DNA of 64,000 bases, taken from positions 2,011-66,010 of the IMG/VR virus record IMGVR_UViG_3300022752_005266; one strand, given 5' to 3'. Source of the DNA: a virus (taxonomy: Duplodnaviria > Caudoviricetes). The position numbers and the translations under genes are program-made. The notes beneath the pieces were generated by a model, which saw only the letters and a program-made list of their open reading frames with translations, searched no databases and was not told the DNA's origin. Below, piece after piece: positions 53,393 to 60,967 of this stretch. Positions within the stretch are counted from its first letter, which is position 1. The number at the start of each line of letters is the position of its first letter.

Positions 53393-56230
53393 TCAAGCTT
53401 CCTTGAGGTTCCTTCCGACGCTCGCCTCAGCGGTCAGCGGGACTTCCCAGCCAGGAACGCGCACGGTCATGCACTCCTCGACCTGCTTCCGGTACGCCTC
53501 CAGCTCGGCCGGTAGGGCCTCGCCCTTCTTCGGCTTCCAGCTCGCCAGTCCCGGCGGCGCCTCGATCTCGATGGCGATGGAGTCGTGGCACTGGTGGATG
53601 AGGCCCGTCCGCTTGCCGAGGTTCCACGGGAACGCATGAATGAGCGTCTGCTCGGCGAGCCGCATGATGCTCGTCTCGGCGGCGAGGATGGGGAAGTTGA
53701 CCACCTCGTTCTTCTTGCCGTCGGAGAGGCCACCCGAGCGGCGACCGAGCACCGGCTCCTCCATGAAGCCCTGATGCCGATACACCGACAGCATTGTCTC
53801 CCAGGCCGTCATCCACTCCGGCTCGTTCTTGAGCCACGTCTCGTGGAAGTGACGCACCTCCTTCGAGGTCATGTGCAGGTACGGCATCTCGCCGTTGTCC
53901 GACTCGGTCGACGTGAGCACCTGCCAGACCGTCAGCGGGTCTGCCCAGTAGATTGAGGCGTAGCGGAACGTCTTCATGACGTCGCGCATCGCCTTCGCCA
54001 TGCCGCCGTTCGGCTTCTTGTAGAGGCTGAAGCCGTCCGTCCCCCAGCCGTCGGCGCTCTTGAACTTGTCGCCGAACACCTGATACGCGAGCGTGTTGTG
54101 CGGGTCCTTCCCCTCGCTGAAGCATTCGAGCAGGAGCGGGATGCGCCAGTAGTTCGCCGTGATGCGAAGGTGCGCTTGGTCGAGGTCGGCGCCGACGAGC
54201 AGGTGCCCCGGCTCCGCGGCGAAGAGCGTCTTGAGCTTGCCCTGCCCCTTGCGGCTGCCGATGTTCTGGAGGTTCGGGCCGGACGATGACAGCCGGCCCG
54301 GCGCTGTGACGTGAGCGTTCCAGGTGGAGCGCACCCGCCCGTCCGCATGCCAGATGACGCCCTTCTTCGGGTCGTGCGCGGCGAGGTTCAACGGGAGCAG
54401 CACGGTGCCCAGGATCTTGTTCTTCTCGCGCCGGTACAGGCGAAGCTCGCGGATGAACGCTTCCTGATCGGGGGATAGCCGGCCGCCTGCGAGGTGGCCG
54501 CGCAGCACCTTGTCGCCGGTGCCGGGCATCCCGGACATCGTGTAGAAGTCGCGCGCCTCCATGTTCGGCGGGATGCCGAGCTTCCACTCTTCGTAGAGCA
54601 GGTCGCGGATCTGATCGGCGCTGCCGGGCGCGATGCCCGCCGTCTCGCCGTCGCCCTCGTCGTTCGCGCCCGCGCTCTTAAGGTCGAGCTTTCCGACGCC
54701 CGCCGCTACGGCGAGCTCCGACAGCCGCTTCTCTCGCTTCACGACCGAGGCCCGCGTCTCCATCTCCATCTGGAAGCGCGCCTCCTGGTCGACGTAGACG
54801 CCAATCTTGTGGAGGTTGACGCACATGTCCTGCGTCGCGTGGTCGACCTCGTGCAGGTCCCAGCGACGGCTTTCCCAGCCCACCGGGCGCAGCGCCTCGG
54901 GCAGGTCCCGGAACGCACCGGCTATCTCCGCCGCGTCCATCAGCGGCACCACGATGCGCGCGTTGACCGCCGAGTCGGTGCAGTTGTACGCGAGCCGGTC
55001 CCAGTCGTCGACGTTGCCGAAGGCGAGGCTCTCGCCCTTCTCCGTCGTCTCCCAGCGGTCGACGTCGGTGAGCACCGAGCCCACGACCTTCAGCCCCTTC
55101 GGAAGCTCCGGCGCCCGGAACCGCGCTGCGAAGAGCGTGTCGATGATCGGCATCGGTGTGACGCCGAGCCACTGCTCGACGACCTGCCGGTCGTAGTACC
55201 CGGCGTTGTGCCCGACCTTCACCTTCGACGTGTCGAGGAAGAAGTGGCGCAGGATGTCGAGGATGCGCGCCTCGTCGGCGGCGTCGTAGTACCGCGTGAA
55301 CCCGTCGCCGCTCAGGATGTTGAGCCCCATCACCTCGCAGCGCGTCGCTTCCTCTTGGCCGGGCCGCAGCGCGCGCCCCGCGGCGTTGAGGTCCGGGTGC
55401 GCGATGGCGATGGAGCGCACCGCGCACACCAGCGACTCGATGCCGTCCGTCTCCAAGTCGTAGGCCCAGAAGGGCGCGGGCCGCGCCAGGAACGCTTCCA
55501 GCTCGTCCGGCGTCGGGTTGAAGGTACGGACCGGCTCGGTCCATCGAAGCGCCCCAGAGAACCAGCGGAGGGCCTTCCCGAGGTCCGCATGTAGGACGTG
55601 GCGCCAACCCGGCGAGCGCTGCACGAAGCTCGGATGCAGGATGGGGAACACCTTGCGCACCGCGCCGTCGGGGATCGCCTCGCCCGCGAGCGGCGTCTCC
55701 AGCAGCGCGCCATAGCTCTCGTTCACCCAGACCGGCCCGCCCCGCAGCGAGAAGATGGACTGTGCCTTGCCGGTGAGCGAGTTGGCCGCGACTCGGCCCA
55801 TCGCAACGATGTTCTCGTAGCGGTCGGCTTCAGCCAGTAGACGGGGCCTACAGCATGTGATAGGGTCCGGGATGCCGGGCAGGCCCTGCGCGAGAAGGCG
55901 CCGGTTCTCCTTGTCGAGCGACTTGTTGAGCTTCTCCCAGGCGTTCTGCTGCGTGCCGGCCGAGCATGCGACGACGTGCGTGAGGTCGATGTCGGTGCGC
56001 TTGAAGCCGACGGCGAGGAGCGCGTTGTTCCACTCGGCGCCGGACCGACCGGAGAGGGGCCGCCCGTTGTTGGCGTCCTCGACGTGCGGCATCTCGGCGA
56101 CGGCGAGGATGGTCGCGCCGGCGTGCTTCTCCGGCGGGACGGGCTGCCAGTGACCGTCGCGATACTCGCCCTTCGGGCCGAGGGGACACTCGTTGCAGCG
56201 GGCGCCGCAGGTGCGGGGATCGTAGCTCAT
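53393..56230 (-). CDS. polA: family A DNA polymerase with N-terminal UDG family-4-like domain and 3'-5' exonuclease
   Basis: UDG-like 'CNECPL...AEMP...GRPLSGRSG...HPS'; exonuclease 'DLET', 'HNAGYYD', 'YNCTD'; polymerase 'GRLSSSGPNLQNI' plus motifs A, B and C. Confidence 0.9.
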   Translation of the reverse strand: MSYDPRTCGARCNECPLGPKGEYRDGHWQPVPPEKHAGATILAVAEMPHVEDANNGRPLSGRSGAEWNNALLAVGFKRTDIDLTHVVACSAGTQQNAWEKLNKSLDKENRRLLAQGLPGIPDPITCCRPRLLAEADRYENIVAMGRVAANSLTGKAQSIFSLRGGPVWVNESYGALLETPLAGEAIPDGAVRKVFPILHPSFVQRSPGWRHVLHADLGKALRWFSGALRWTEPVRTFNPTPDELEAFLARPAPFWAYDLETDGIESLVCAVRSIAIAHPDLNAAGRALRPGQEEATRCEVMGLNILSGDGFTRYYDAADEARILDILRHFFLDTSKVKVGHNAGYYDRQVVEQWLGVTPMPIIDTLFAARFRAPELPKGLKVVGSVLTDVDRWETTEKGESLAFGNVDDWDRLAYNCTDSAVNARIVVPLMDAAEIAGAFRDLPEALRPVGWESRRWDLHEVDHATQDMCVNLHKIGVYVDQEARFQMEMETRASVVKREKRLSELAVAAGVGKLDLKSAGANDEGDGETAGIAPGSADQIRDLLYEEWKLGIPPNMEARDFYTMSGMPGTGDKVLRGHLAGGRLSPDQEAFIRELRLYRREKNKILGTVLLPLNLAAHDPKKGVIWHADGRVRSTWNAHVTAPGRLSSSGPNLQNIGSRKGQGKLKTLFAAEPGHLLVGADLDQAHLRITANYWRIPLLLECFSEGKDPHNTLAYQVFGDKFKSADGWGTDGFSLYKKPNGGMAKAMRDVMKTFRYASIYWADPLTVWQVLTSTESDNGEMPYLHMTSKEVRHFHETWLKNEPEWMTAWETMLSVYRHQGFMEEPVLGRRSGGLSDGKKNEVVNFPILAAETSIMRLAEQTLIHAFPWNLGKRTGLIHQCHDSIAIEIEAPPGLASWKPKKGEALPAELEAYRKQVEECMTVRVPGWEVPLTAEASVGRNLKEA

Positions 56231-56269
56231 ACTCCGGGCGTAACTTGACGCCGTGGTATGCGCCAGCCG

Positions 56270-56899
56270 TCAGCGGCGGAAGTCGGCGTCCTCGTCCTTG
56301 TCTTCGTCACGATCGACCGTGCTGTTCAACCGAGCCGCCAGCGCGCGCATCTTCTCCGGGTTGGCAGTCAGGTCGCGCATCTCCTTCGCCAGCGCCGTGT
56401 CCTGCGTCTCGTTGGCGTAGTCGCGGAGCGCGTCTTGTGCGGCGTTGATGCCGACGTCGTAACTGATGTTGCGGGCCGCCGGCCCGTACGCCTTCGCCGT
56501 CTGAAGCGCGCGGCCCGCGCTGGACTTCGACAGCAGGATCTGCGGCGGCGGCTGATTCAGTCGCTGCGACGTGGCGGCTTCCAGTAGCCCCAGCGCGACC
56601 TTGGCCGCGCCCTCCTTCGTGCGCCCCTGCCGGGCGTCGGTGAGGCCCTCGGCGACGTACATCCCCGCGCTCAACGCACCCGCGCCGAGAGCCGCCGTGC
56701 CGGCGATCGGCGCACCCGCGACAGACGCGACACCGAGCCCGATCGCCCCGAGCCCCGCGTAGTCGCCGACGGACCGGAGGAGCTTTTGCGTCTCCGCCTC
56801 GATCGTCGGGGGCAGTTTCAGGCTGGGGCTCGCCGCTGCGTTGTCCTGCAGCGCGCGCCGCATCCCGTCCTTTCGCTCGAAGTAGTCGTCGGTCGGCAT
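56270..56899 (-). CDS. hypothetical protein with a Gly/Ala-rich hydrophobic segment
   Basis: 209 aa; extended -10 immediately upstream. Confidence 0.6.
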   Translation of the reverse strand: MPTDDYFERKDGMRRALQDNAAASPSLKLPPTIEAETQKLLRSVGDYAGLGAIGLGVASVAGAPIAGTAALGAGALSAGMYVAEGLTDARQGRTKEGAAKVALGLLEAATSQRLNQPPPQILLSKSSAGRALQTAKAYGPAARNISYDVGINAAQDALRDYANETQDTALAKEMRDLTANPEKMRALAARLNSTVDRDEDKDEDADFRR

Positions 56900-56911
56900 C
56901 GTCCGACTATA

Positions 56912-57337
56912 TCACTTCGCTGGATAGAACACGACGACGGCGCTCGGGAACGGCGCGCTGTTGGTCGCGGTCCCGAACCTCAAGCGGCCGCGGATGAACG
57001 TGACCTTGCCCTTTGCCGCGTAGTCGTGCCACCACGCGGTATCGGTACGCGCCGGGACGAGGCAGACCACCGTGGCGCCCTTGAGGCTCTCCTCGTACGC
57101 CTTCTGCATCCAGCGCCCGATCTCACGGCCGTAGGGCGGATTCATCCAGCACCGGTTCGGAGCCCATTCCTGGAAGAGTCCGTTGTCCTGCTCGCTGAAG
57201 TAGCGCCAGCACTTCGCGTTCTGCGCATCCGCGCACACGTCCAGCTCGAACCGGAAGTGTGCGTCCCACTCGTCGAAGAACGCCTGCGGCGTCGCCCACT
57301 GGTCGGTCGCCGACGAGAACATGACATCGGTGTTCAT
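56912..57337 (-). CDS. phage DNA N6-adenine methyltransferase (Dam family)
   Basis: 'DQWATPQ', 'FELDVCA', 'WMNPPY', 'LVPARTDTAWW', 'GRLRF', 'APFPS'. Confidence 0.9.
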   Translation of the reverse strand: MNTDVMFSSATDQWATPQAFFDEWDAHFRFELDVCADAQNAKCWRYFSEQDNGLFQEWAPNRCWMNPPYGREIGRWMQKAYEESLKGATVVCLVPARTDTAWWHDYAAKGKVTFIRGRLRFGTATNSAPFPSAVVVFYPAK

Positions 57338-57398
57338 GACGCTCCCGTATCTCTACCGGGGCGTCATGGCAACTCTACCGCAGCGTCATGCCAAGCGC

Positions 57399-57566
57399 CT
57401 ACTTCTTGGCAGCGGCGTCGGATTCCCGCGCCTTGTGCTTGAGGCTCTGAAGGTACTTGTAGTAGTCGCCCTTCTCCTCGACACCGGGCGGCGGGCCCTT
57501 CTTGTGGTCGAGCGGCGCAGGCTTGATCTGCTGCGGGACAGGTGCGTTGAGAGGCTTCGCCGCCAT
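57399..57566 (-). CDS. small basic protein (55 aa)
   Basis: AGGAG RBS; MAAKPLNAPV... Confidence 0.5.
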   Translation of the reverse strand: MAAKPLNAPVPQQIKPAPLDHKKGPPPGVEEKGDYYKYLQSLKHKARESDAAAKK

Positions 57567-57574
57567 GGGAGCTC

Positions 57575-57736
57575 CTACTTCTTCTGGTTCTTCAGCGCCT
57601 TGGCGACGCCCGGCAGCTCGGGTGGAATCACCCGCGGCTGCACGCCGAAGCGGCTCAGATTCTCCATGTCCTCCTTGCGAGCAGACGCACGCATCTGCTC
57701 CAGGAGGCTGTGGTAGTTCTGCTCCGCCGTCGCCAT
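57575..57736 (-). CDS. small protein (53 aa)
   Basis: MATAEQNYHS... directly after the Dps-like gene. Confidence 0.5.
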   Translation of the reverse strand: MATAEQNYHSLLEQMRASARKEDMENLSRFGVQPRVIPPELPGVAKALKNQKK

Positions 57737-57737
57737 G

Positions 57738-58175
57738 CTACATCTTCGCCGGGCCGGCGGAGTAGCGCTGCTTCAGCAGGTAGATGTCGGTGAGGTGCTT
57801 CGTCGACAGCCCCGAGAGGAAGTTCGACAGGCCGCCCGGGTATGGACAGTCGCTGCCCTCGACCGCGGCGTTCGCCTTCTCGGCGAGGTCCATGATCATC
57901 TCGGCGATGGCGAGCGGGCTCTGGCCGCGCGCGACACTGTTGATCTTCTCGGACGCCGCAGCCCAGGCCTTGATCGGGTCGAGTTTGTCGGCCCCGTAGT
58001 GCCCGGCGATGATCTCCGCGAGGCCATCAATGTCCTCCGGCATCGCGCCGTAGAGGCGAGCGAAGAGCTCGTGGTCGCCATTGAACGGCTGGCCCTTGGC
58101 CTGCCAGTGAAGCGTCCAGTAGAGGTGGTGCGCTGCGCGAAGACCGGCCCAGAGCTCAAGGAGAACAGGAAGCAT
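57738..58175 (-). CDS. Dps/ferritin-like protein
   Basis: 'LHWQAKGQPFNGDHELFARLY...IDGLAE' ferroxidase-centre pattern. Confidence 0.75.
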   Translation of the reverse strand: MLPVLLELWAGLRAAHHLYWTLHWQAKGQPFNGDHELFARLYGAMPEDIDGLAEIIAGHYGADKLDPIKAWAAASEKINSVARGQSPLAIAEMIMDLAEKANAAVEGSDCPYPGGLSNFLSGLSTKHLTDIYLLKQRYSAGPAKM

Positions 58176-58214
58176 GACCGCCTCAGAACAGCACGAGTAT
58201 ATCAAGCATTATCC

Positions 58215-58257
58215 AAAACGTAAACGCCCCGCCAAGCCGTGAGGCCTGACGGGGCGT
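58215..58257 (-). terminator. intrinsic terminator after the SSB gene
   Basis: ACGCCCCG...CGGGGCGT stem followed by a T-rich tract on the minus strand. Confidence 0.6.
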
Positions 58258-58273
58258 CGCAGAGCTCTACGGC

Positions 58274-58891
58274 TTAGCGGGTGACGCCGACCGAGGGCGG
58301 GGGCGGAAGCCGGAGGCCGCCGGCCGGAGCCGGAGCGACCGCCTGCACCGGGGCGCCGACCACCGCCGAGGGGGCGGCGGGGATAGCGCCCGGAACCACC
58401 GGCGCGCTGGTGCGCACCGCACCGGCCGCGTCGCGCGACACGGGCTTGGTGCCGGAGGCCACCGCCTTCTCGTACTGCTCCTTCGTGAGGAACTTGTTGA
58501 TGCGGGCGTAGCTGCCCTGGACGCCCTGCTGGCCGGGGACGAACTCGACGTACGCCTTGCGGCCGCCGTTCGTCGCCGACACGAACCACGCATCGCTGAT
58601 CTCGCCGCCCTCGATCTCCTCGTTCGTGAAGCCGAAGGAGGCGAGGATGGTCTTCAGCGCCGCGATGCGGCCCTTGAAGGACTTCTCGGGGAGGCCGTCC
58701 ACCGGGAGGTGAACGAACTCAAACATCTTGAACCCGTTCGGGAACTCGACGTGGAAGCGGCGGGCATCGGCCTTGTCACCGGCCTTCTGCTCGACCTGGA
58801 GGCCGGACACCTCGTAGTAGCCGGCTTCGGGCTGGGAGGAACCGAGGGTGGACACGCCCTTGAAGTGGGCGCCATTGATGTTGAACGACAT
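58274..58891 (-). CDS. putative single-stranded DNA-binding protein
   Basis: Follows the Sak4-like ATPase; 'PEAGYYEV...YARINKF' and a Pro/Ala tail. Confidence 0.55.
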   Translation of the reverse strand: MSFNINGAHFKGVSTLGSSQPEAGYYEVSGLQVEQKAGDKADARRFHVEFPNGFKMFEFVHLPVDGLPEKSFKGRIAALKTILASFGFTNEEIEGGEISDAWFVSATNGGRKAYVEFVPGQQGVQGSYARINKFLTKEQYEKAVASGTKPVSRDAAGAVRTSAPVVPGAIPAAPSAVVGAPVQAVAPAPAGGLRLPPPPSVGVTR

Positions 58892-58911
58892 GATGAACTC
58901 CGGGGTTGTGG

Positions 58912-59919
58912 TCAGTTGAGAGGGGCAGAGACAGAGCTATTGGTCGGGGGCGGCACAGGCACACCGTTCCCCTTCTTCGGCTCTTCCTTTGGCGTCAGGT
59001 CGAAGAGGTTCCTCGCCTTCCGCTTCCGGAACGTAGCGCGGGCAATACCGTCCTGGCAAGCCCACCGAAGATGAATCTGCTGCGTTCCGTCGGAGAACCG
59101 AGGATGCTCCACAGAAATCTTCTTGATCGAGCCGGGGACGTCGCCGGACTCGACAATGAGATCGGCGAGCTCGTCGGCGACGTCGTCCTGCCATTCGAGG
59201 CCCGGCACGCGAGCGAGCGCGTAGCCGCCCGCCGACGCGCGCAGGATCTCACGCAGGTTCCCCGGCGTCTTCGCCCAGCACACACCCGTGCGGTCGCCCG
59301 TCACCCACTCGGGGTTCGTGGGATCGCAGAAGTACACGCCAGGGAACCACGGGTCGGGGTAGGTCGAGTCGACCATCGCGCGCACGTTGATGTCGCACCA
59401 GGACGGCAACGTCTCCACCTGATTGCGGCTCGGCACGTTCGGGCCGCCGGGGCAGAAGAACCCGTCGGCGTTGGTGCCGGGCATGCGCTCATGGAACGTG
59501 AACGCCAGATGGACGCCCATGTGCCGCGCCAGACCCGAGAGCATGAGGAGGTACTTGTTCAACTGCTGAAAGGCGTAGAACTTGTCCTTCTTGCCGCTCT
59601 TGCCCGCCGGTGCTTCTTCGTTCCAGACCATCATGCTGCGGTCGCAGATGTGGCTGGCGTCGTCGATCACGATGGCGCCGTACTGCTTCGCCATCCCGGT
59701 GCGGCTGACGTAGTCGAGCAGGCCGACCAGCTCGGGCAACGTCTGCGGCGGTTCGGGATGCACGGCCGGCGTGAATCCAAGTTCATTCTGCGCAACGAGG
59801 GTGATGGCACTCGGCACCCCGATGCACAGCGCAGTCGGGAAGGCCGCGAGCACATCGCTCGTCTTCTTCTTCTTCGGTTTACCGTAGACCGTCACCATGA
59901 CGGTCGGATTGTCGGACAT
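58912..59919 (-). CDS. AAA_24/Sak4-like ATPase
   Basis: 'VTVYGKPKKKKTS', 'AIVIDDAS', 'LAFTFHE', 'LPSWCD'. Confidence 0.7.
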   Translation of the reverse strand: MSDNPTVMVTVYGKPKKKKTSDVLAAFPTALCIGVPSAITLVAQNELGFTPAVHPEPPQTLPELVGLLDYVSRTGMAKQYGAIVIDDASHICDRSMMVWNEEAPAGKSGKKDKFYAFQQLNKYLLMLSGLARHMGVHLAFTFHERMPGTNADGFFCPGGPNVPSRNQVETLPSWCDINVRAMVDSTYPDPWFPGVYFCDPTNPEWVTGDRTGVCWAKTPGNLREILRASAGGYALARVPGLEWQDDVADELADLIVESGDVPGSIKKISVEHPRFSDGTQQIHLRWACQDGIARATFRKRKARNLFDLTPKEEPKKGNGVPVPPPTNSSVSAPLN

Positions 59920-59983
59920 GTGGTGGTACTCCGGTCCTGGGTCGACCTCGCCGCGCGGACCGCGACACGGCGAGGCCATTCCC

Positions 59984-60967
59984 TCACGCCCGCGGGCCGA
60001 GGGAACAAAGGTTGAGCCCGGCACAGGCTCCATACCGTCCATAGCACGAGAGCTCATTCTGCGCCTTCGGCCACTCCCACGGATTCTGCGTGAGGTCCAG
60101 CTGCGCGATCTGATGCTCGGCCCACCAGAGCCACTGCGCGAAGTGCGCGTCTCGGTGCGGCGTGGAAGGAACCTGCTCGCGCGCGACGACGCCGGGCTGG
60201 GTAGAGCTGATGAGGTTCAGGGTCAGCCCGCCAAACGCTTCGCCGTAGAGCTGGCGTCCCATGATGCGGAACGCGGCGAACCCGCCGTCGATGGCGTAGG
60301 CCGAAGCGCTGCTCTTCGCGTTCACAGACGCCTGATGTTTATGGTCCCAAATGTAGTAGCGTCCTGATCTATCCCGCGTTACGAGATCGATGCGGCGAGT
60401 GAGCGTGATGGGACGCCCGTGCTCTGCGTGGTCCGGCATGCACAGCGGTGTCACCTCGATGCTGGCACCGTCGAGGCTCCGCCACTCGCCGCCTACCTCC
60501 TCCCCGACCCACAGCCCGAACTGGTCGCGCAGCTTTCCCAGCACCGCCGTGACGGGCGCCTCCACCGCGATGACGTCGCCGGGCGACTCGGGGAACTTCG
60601 CCAGATAGGCGTGGAACACTTTCAGCATCTGCGGCAGGAGCTCGGAGCTGCCGTACTTGTCGCACCACGCCGCAGCAGCGTCCTCGGGCTCCAGGAAGAC
60701 CGAGGGGTCGGTGTAGAGGGCCTCGTCGACCACGACACCCTGCGGCTGCGCCGCGCCCCAGATGGCGTGCAGGTGCGCCTGCAACGTGTGACCGATGCTG
60801 CCCTTCGCCAGCGCCTCGATCGGCGGAGACAGGTCGGGCGCGCCGCCCTCCTCGGGCGACAGGTCGCGCAGCCGGTACAGGTACGCGAAGAGCTGGGGGC
60901 ACTTCGCGAAGTTGCCGATGCGGCTCCAGCCGCGGCTCGACTTGCCCGCATCAATGAGCATCTTCAT
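59984..60967 (-). CDS. PD-(D/E)XK Cas4/RecB-like exonuclease
   Basis: 'KCPQ', 'GSIGH', 'AVE', 'RIDLV', 'IWDHK', C-terminal 'C...YGAC...C'. Confidence 0.8.
   Translation of the reverse strand: MKMLIDAGKSSRGWSRIGNFAKCPQLFAYLYRLRDLSPEEGGAPDLSPPIEALAKGSIGHTLQAHLHAIWGAAQPQGVVVDEALYTDPSVFLEPEDAAAAWCDKYGSSELLPQMLKVFHAYLAKFPESPGDVIAVEAPVTAVLGKLRDQFGLWVGEEVGGEWRSLDGASIEVTPLCMPDHAEHGRPITLTRRIDLVTRDRSGRYYIWDHKHQASVNAKSSASAYAIDGGFAAFRIMGRQLYGEAFGGLTLNLISSTQPGVVAREQVPSTPHRDAHFAQWLWWAEHQIAQLDLTQNPWEWPKAQNELSCYGRYGACAGLNLCSLGPRA

Noticed and set aside
26800-59895. Genetic-code reassignment suggested by Gly-to-Lys changes in two P-loops
   Set aside because: Other Walker A motifs (GSGKS, GSGKT, SSGKTT) read normally, and genes are intact under the standard code.
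59984-60967. Cas4-like gene as evidence of a CRISPR-Cas system
   Set aside because: Stand-alone Cas4-like nucleases are standard in Sak4/SSB phage recombination modules; no other cas genes or array are present.
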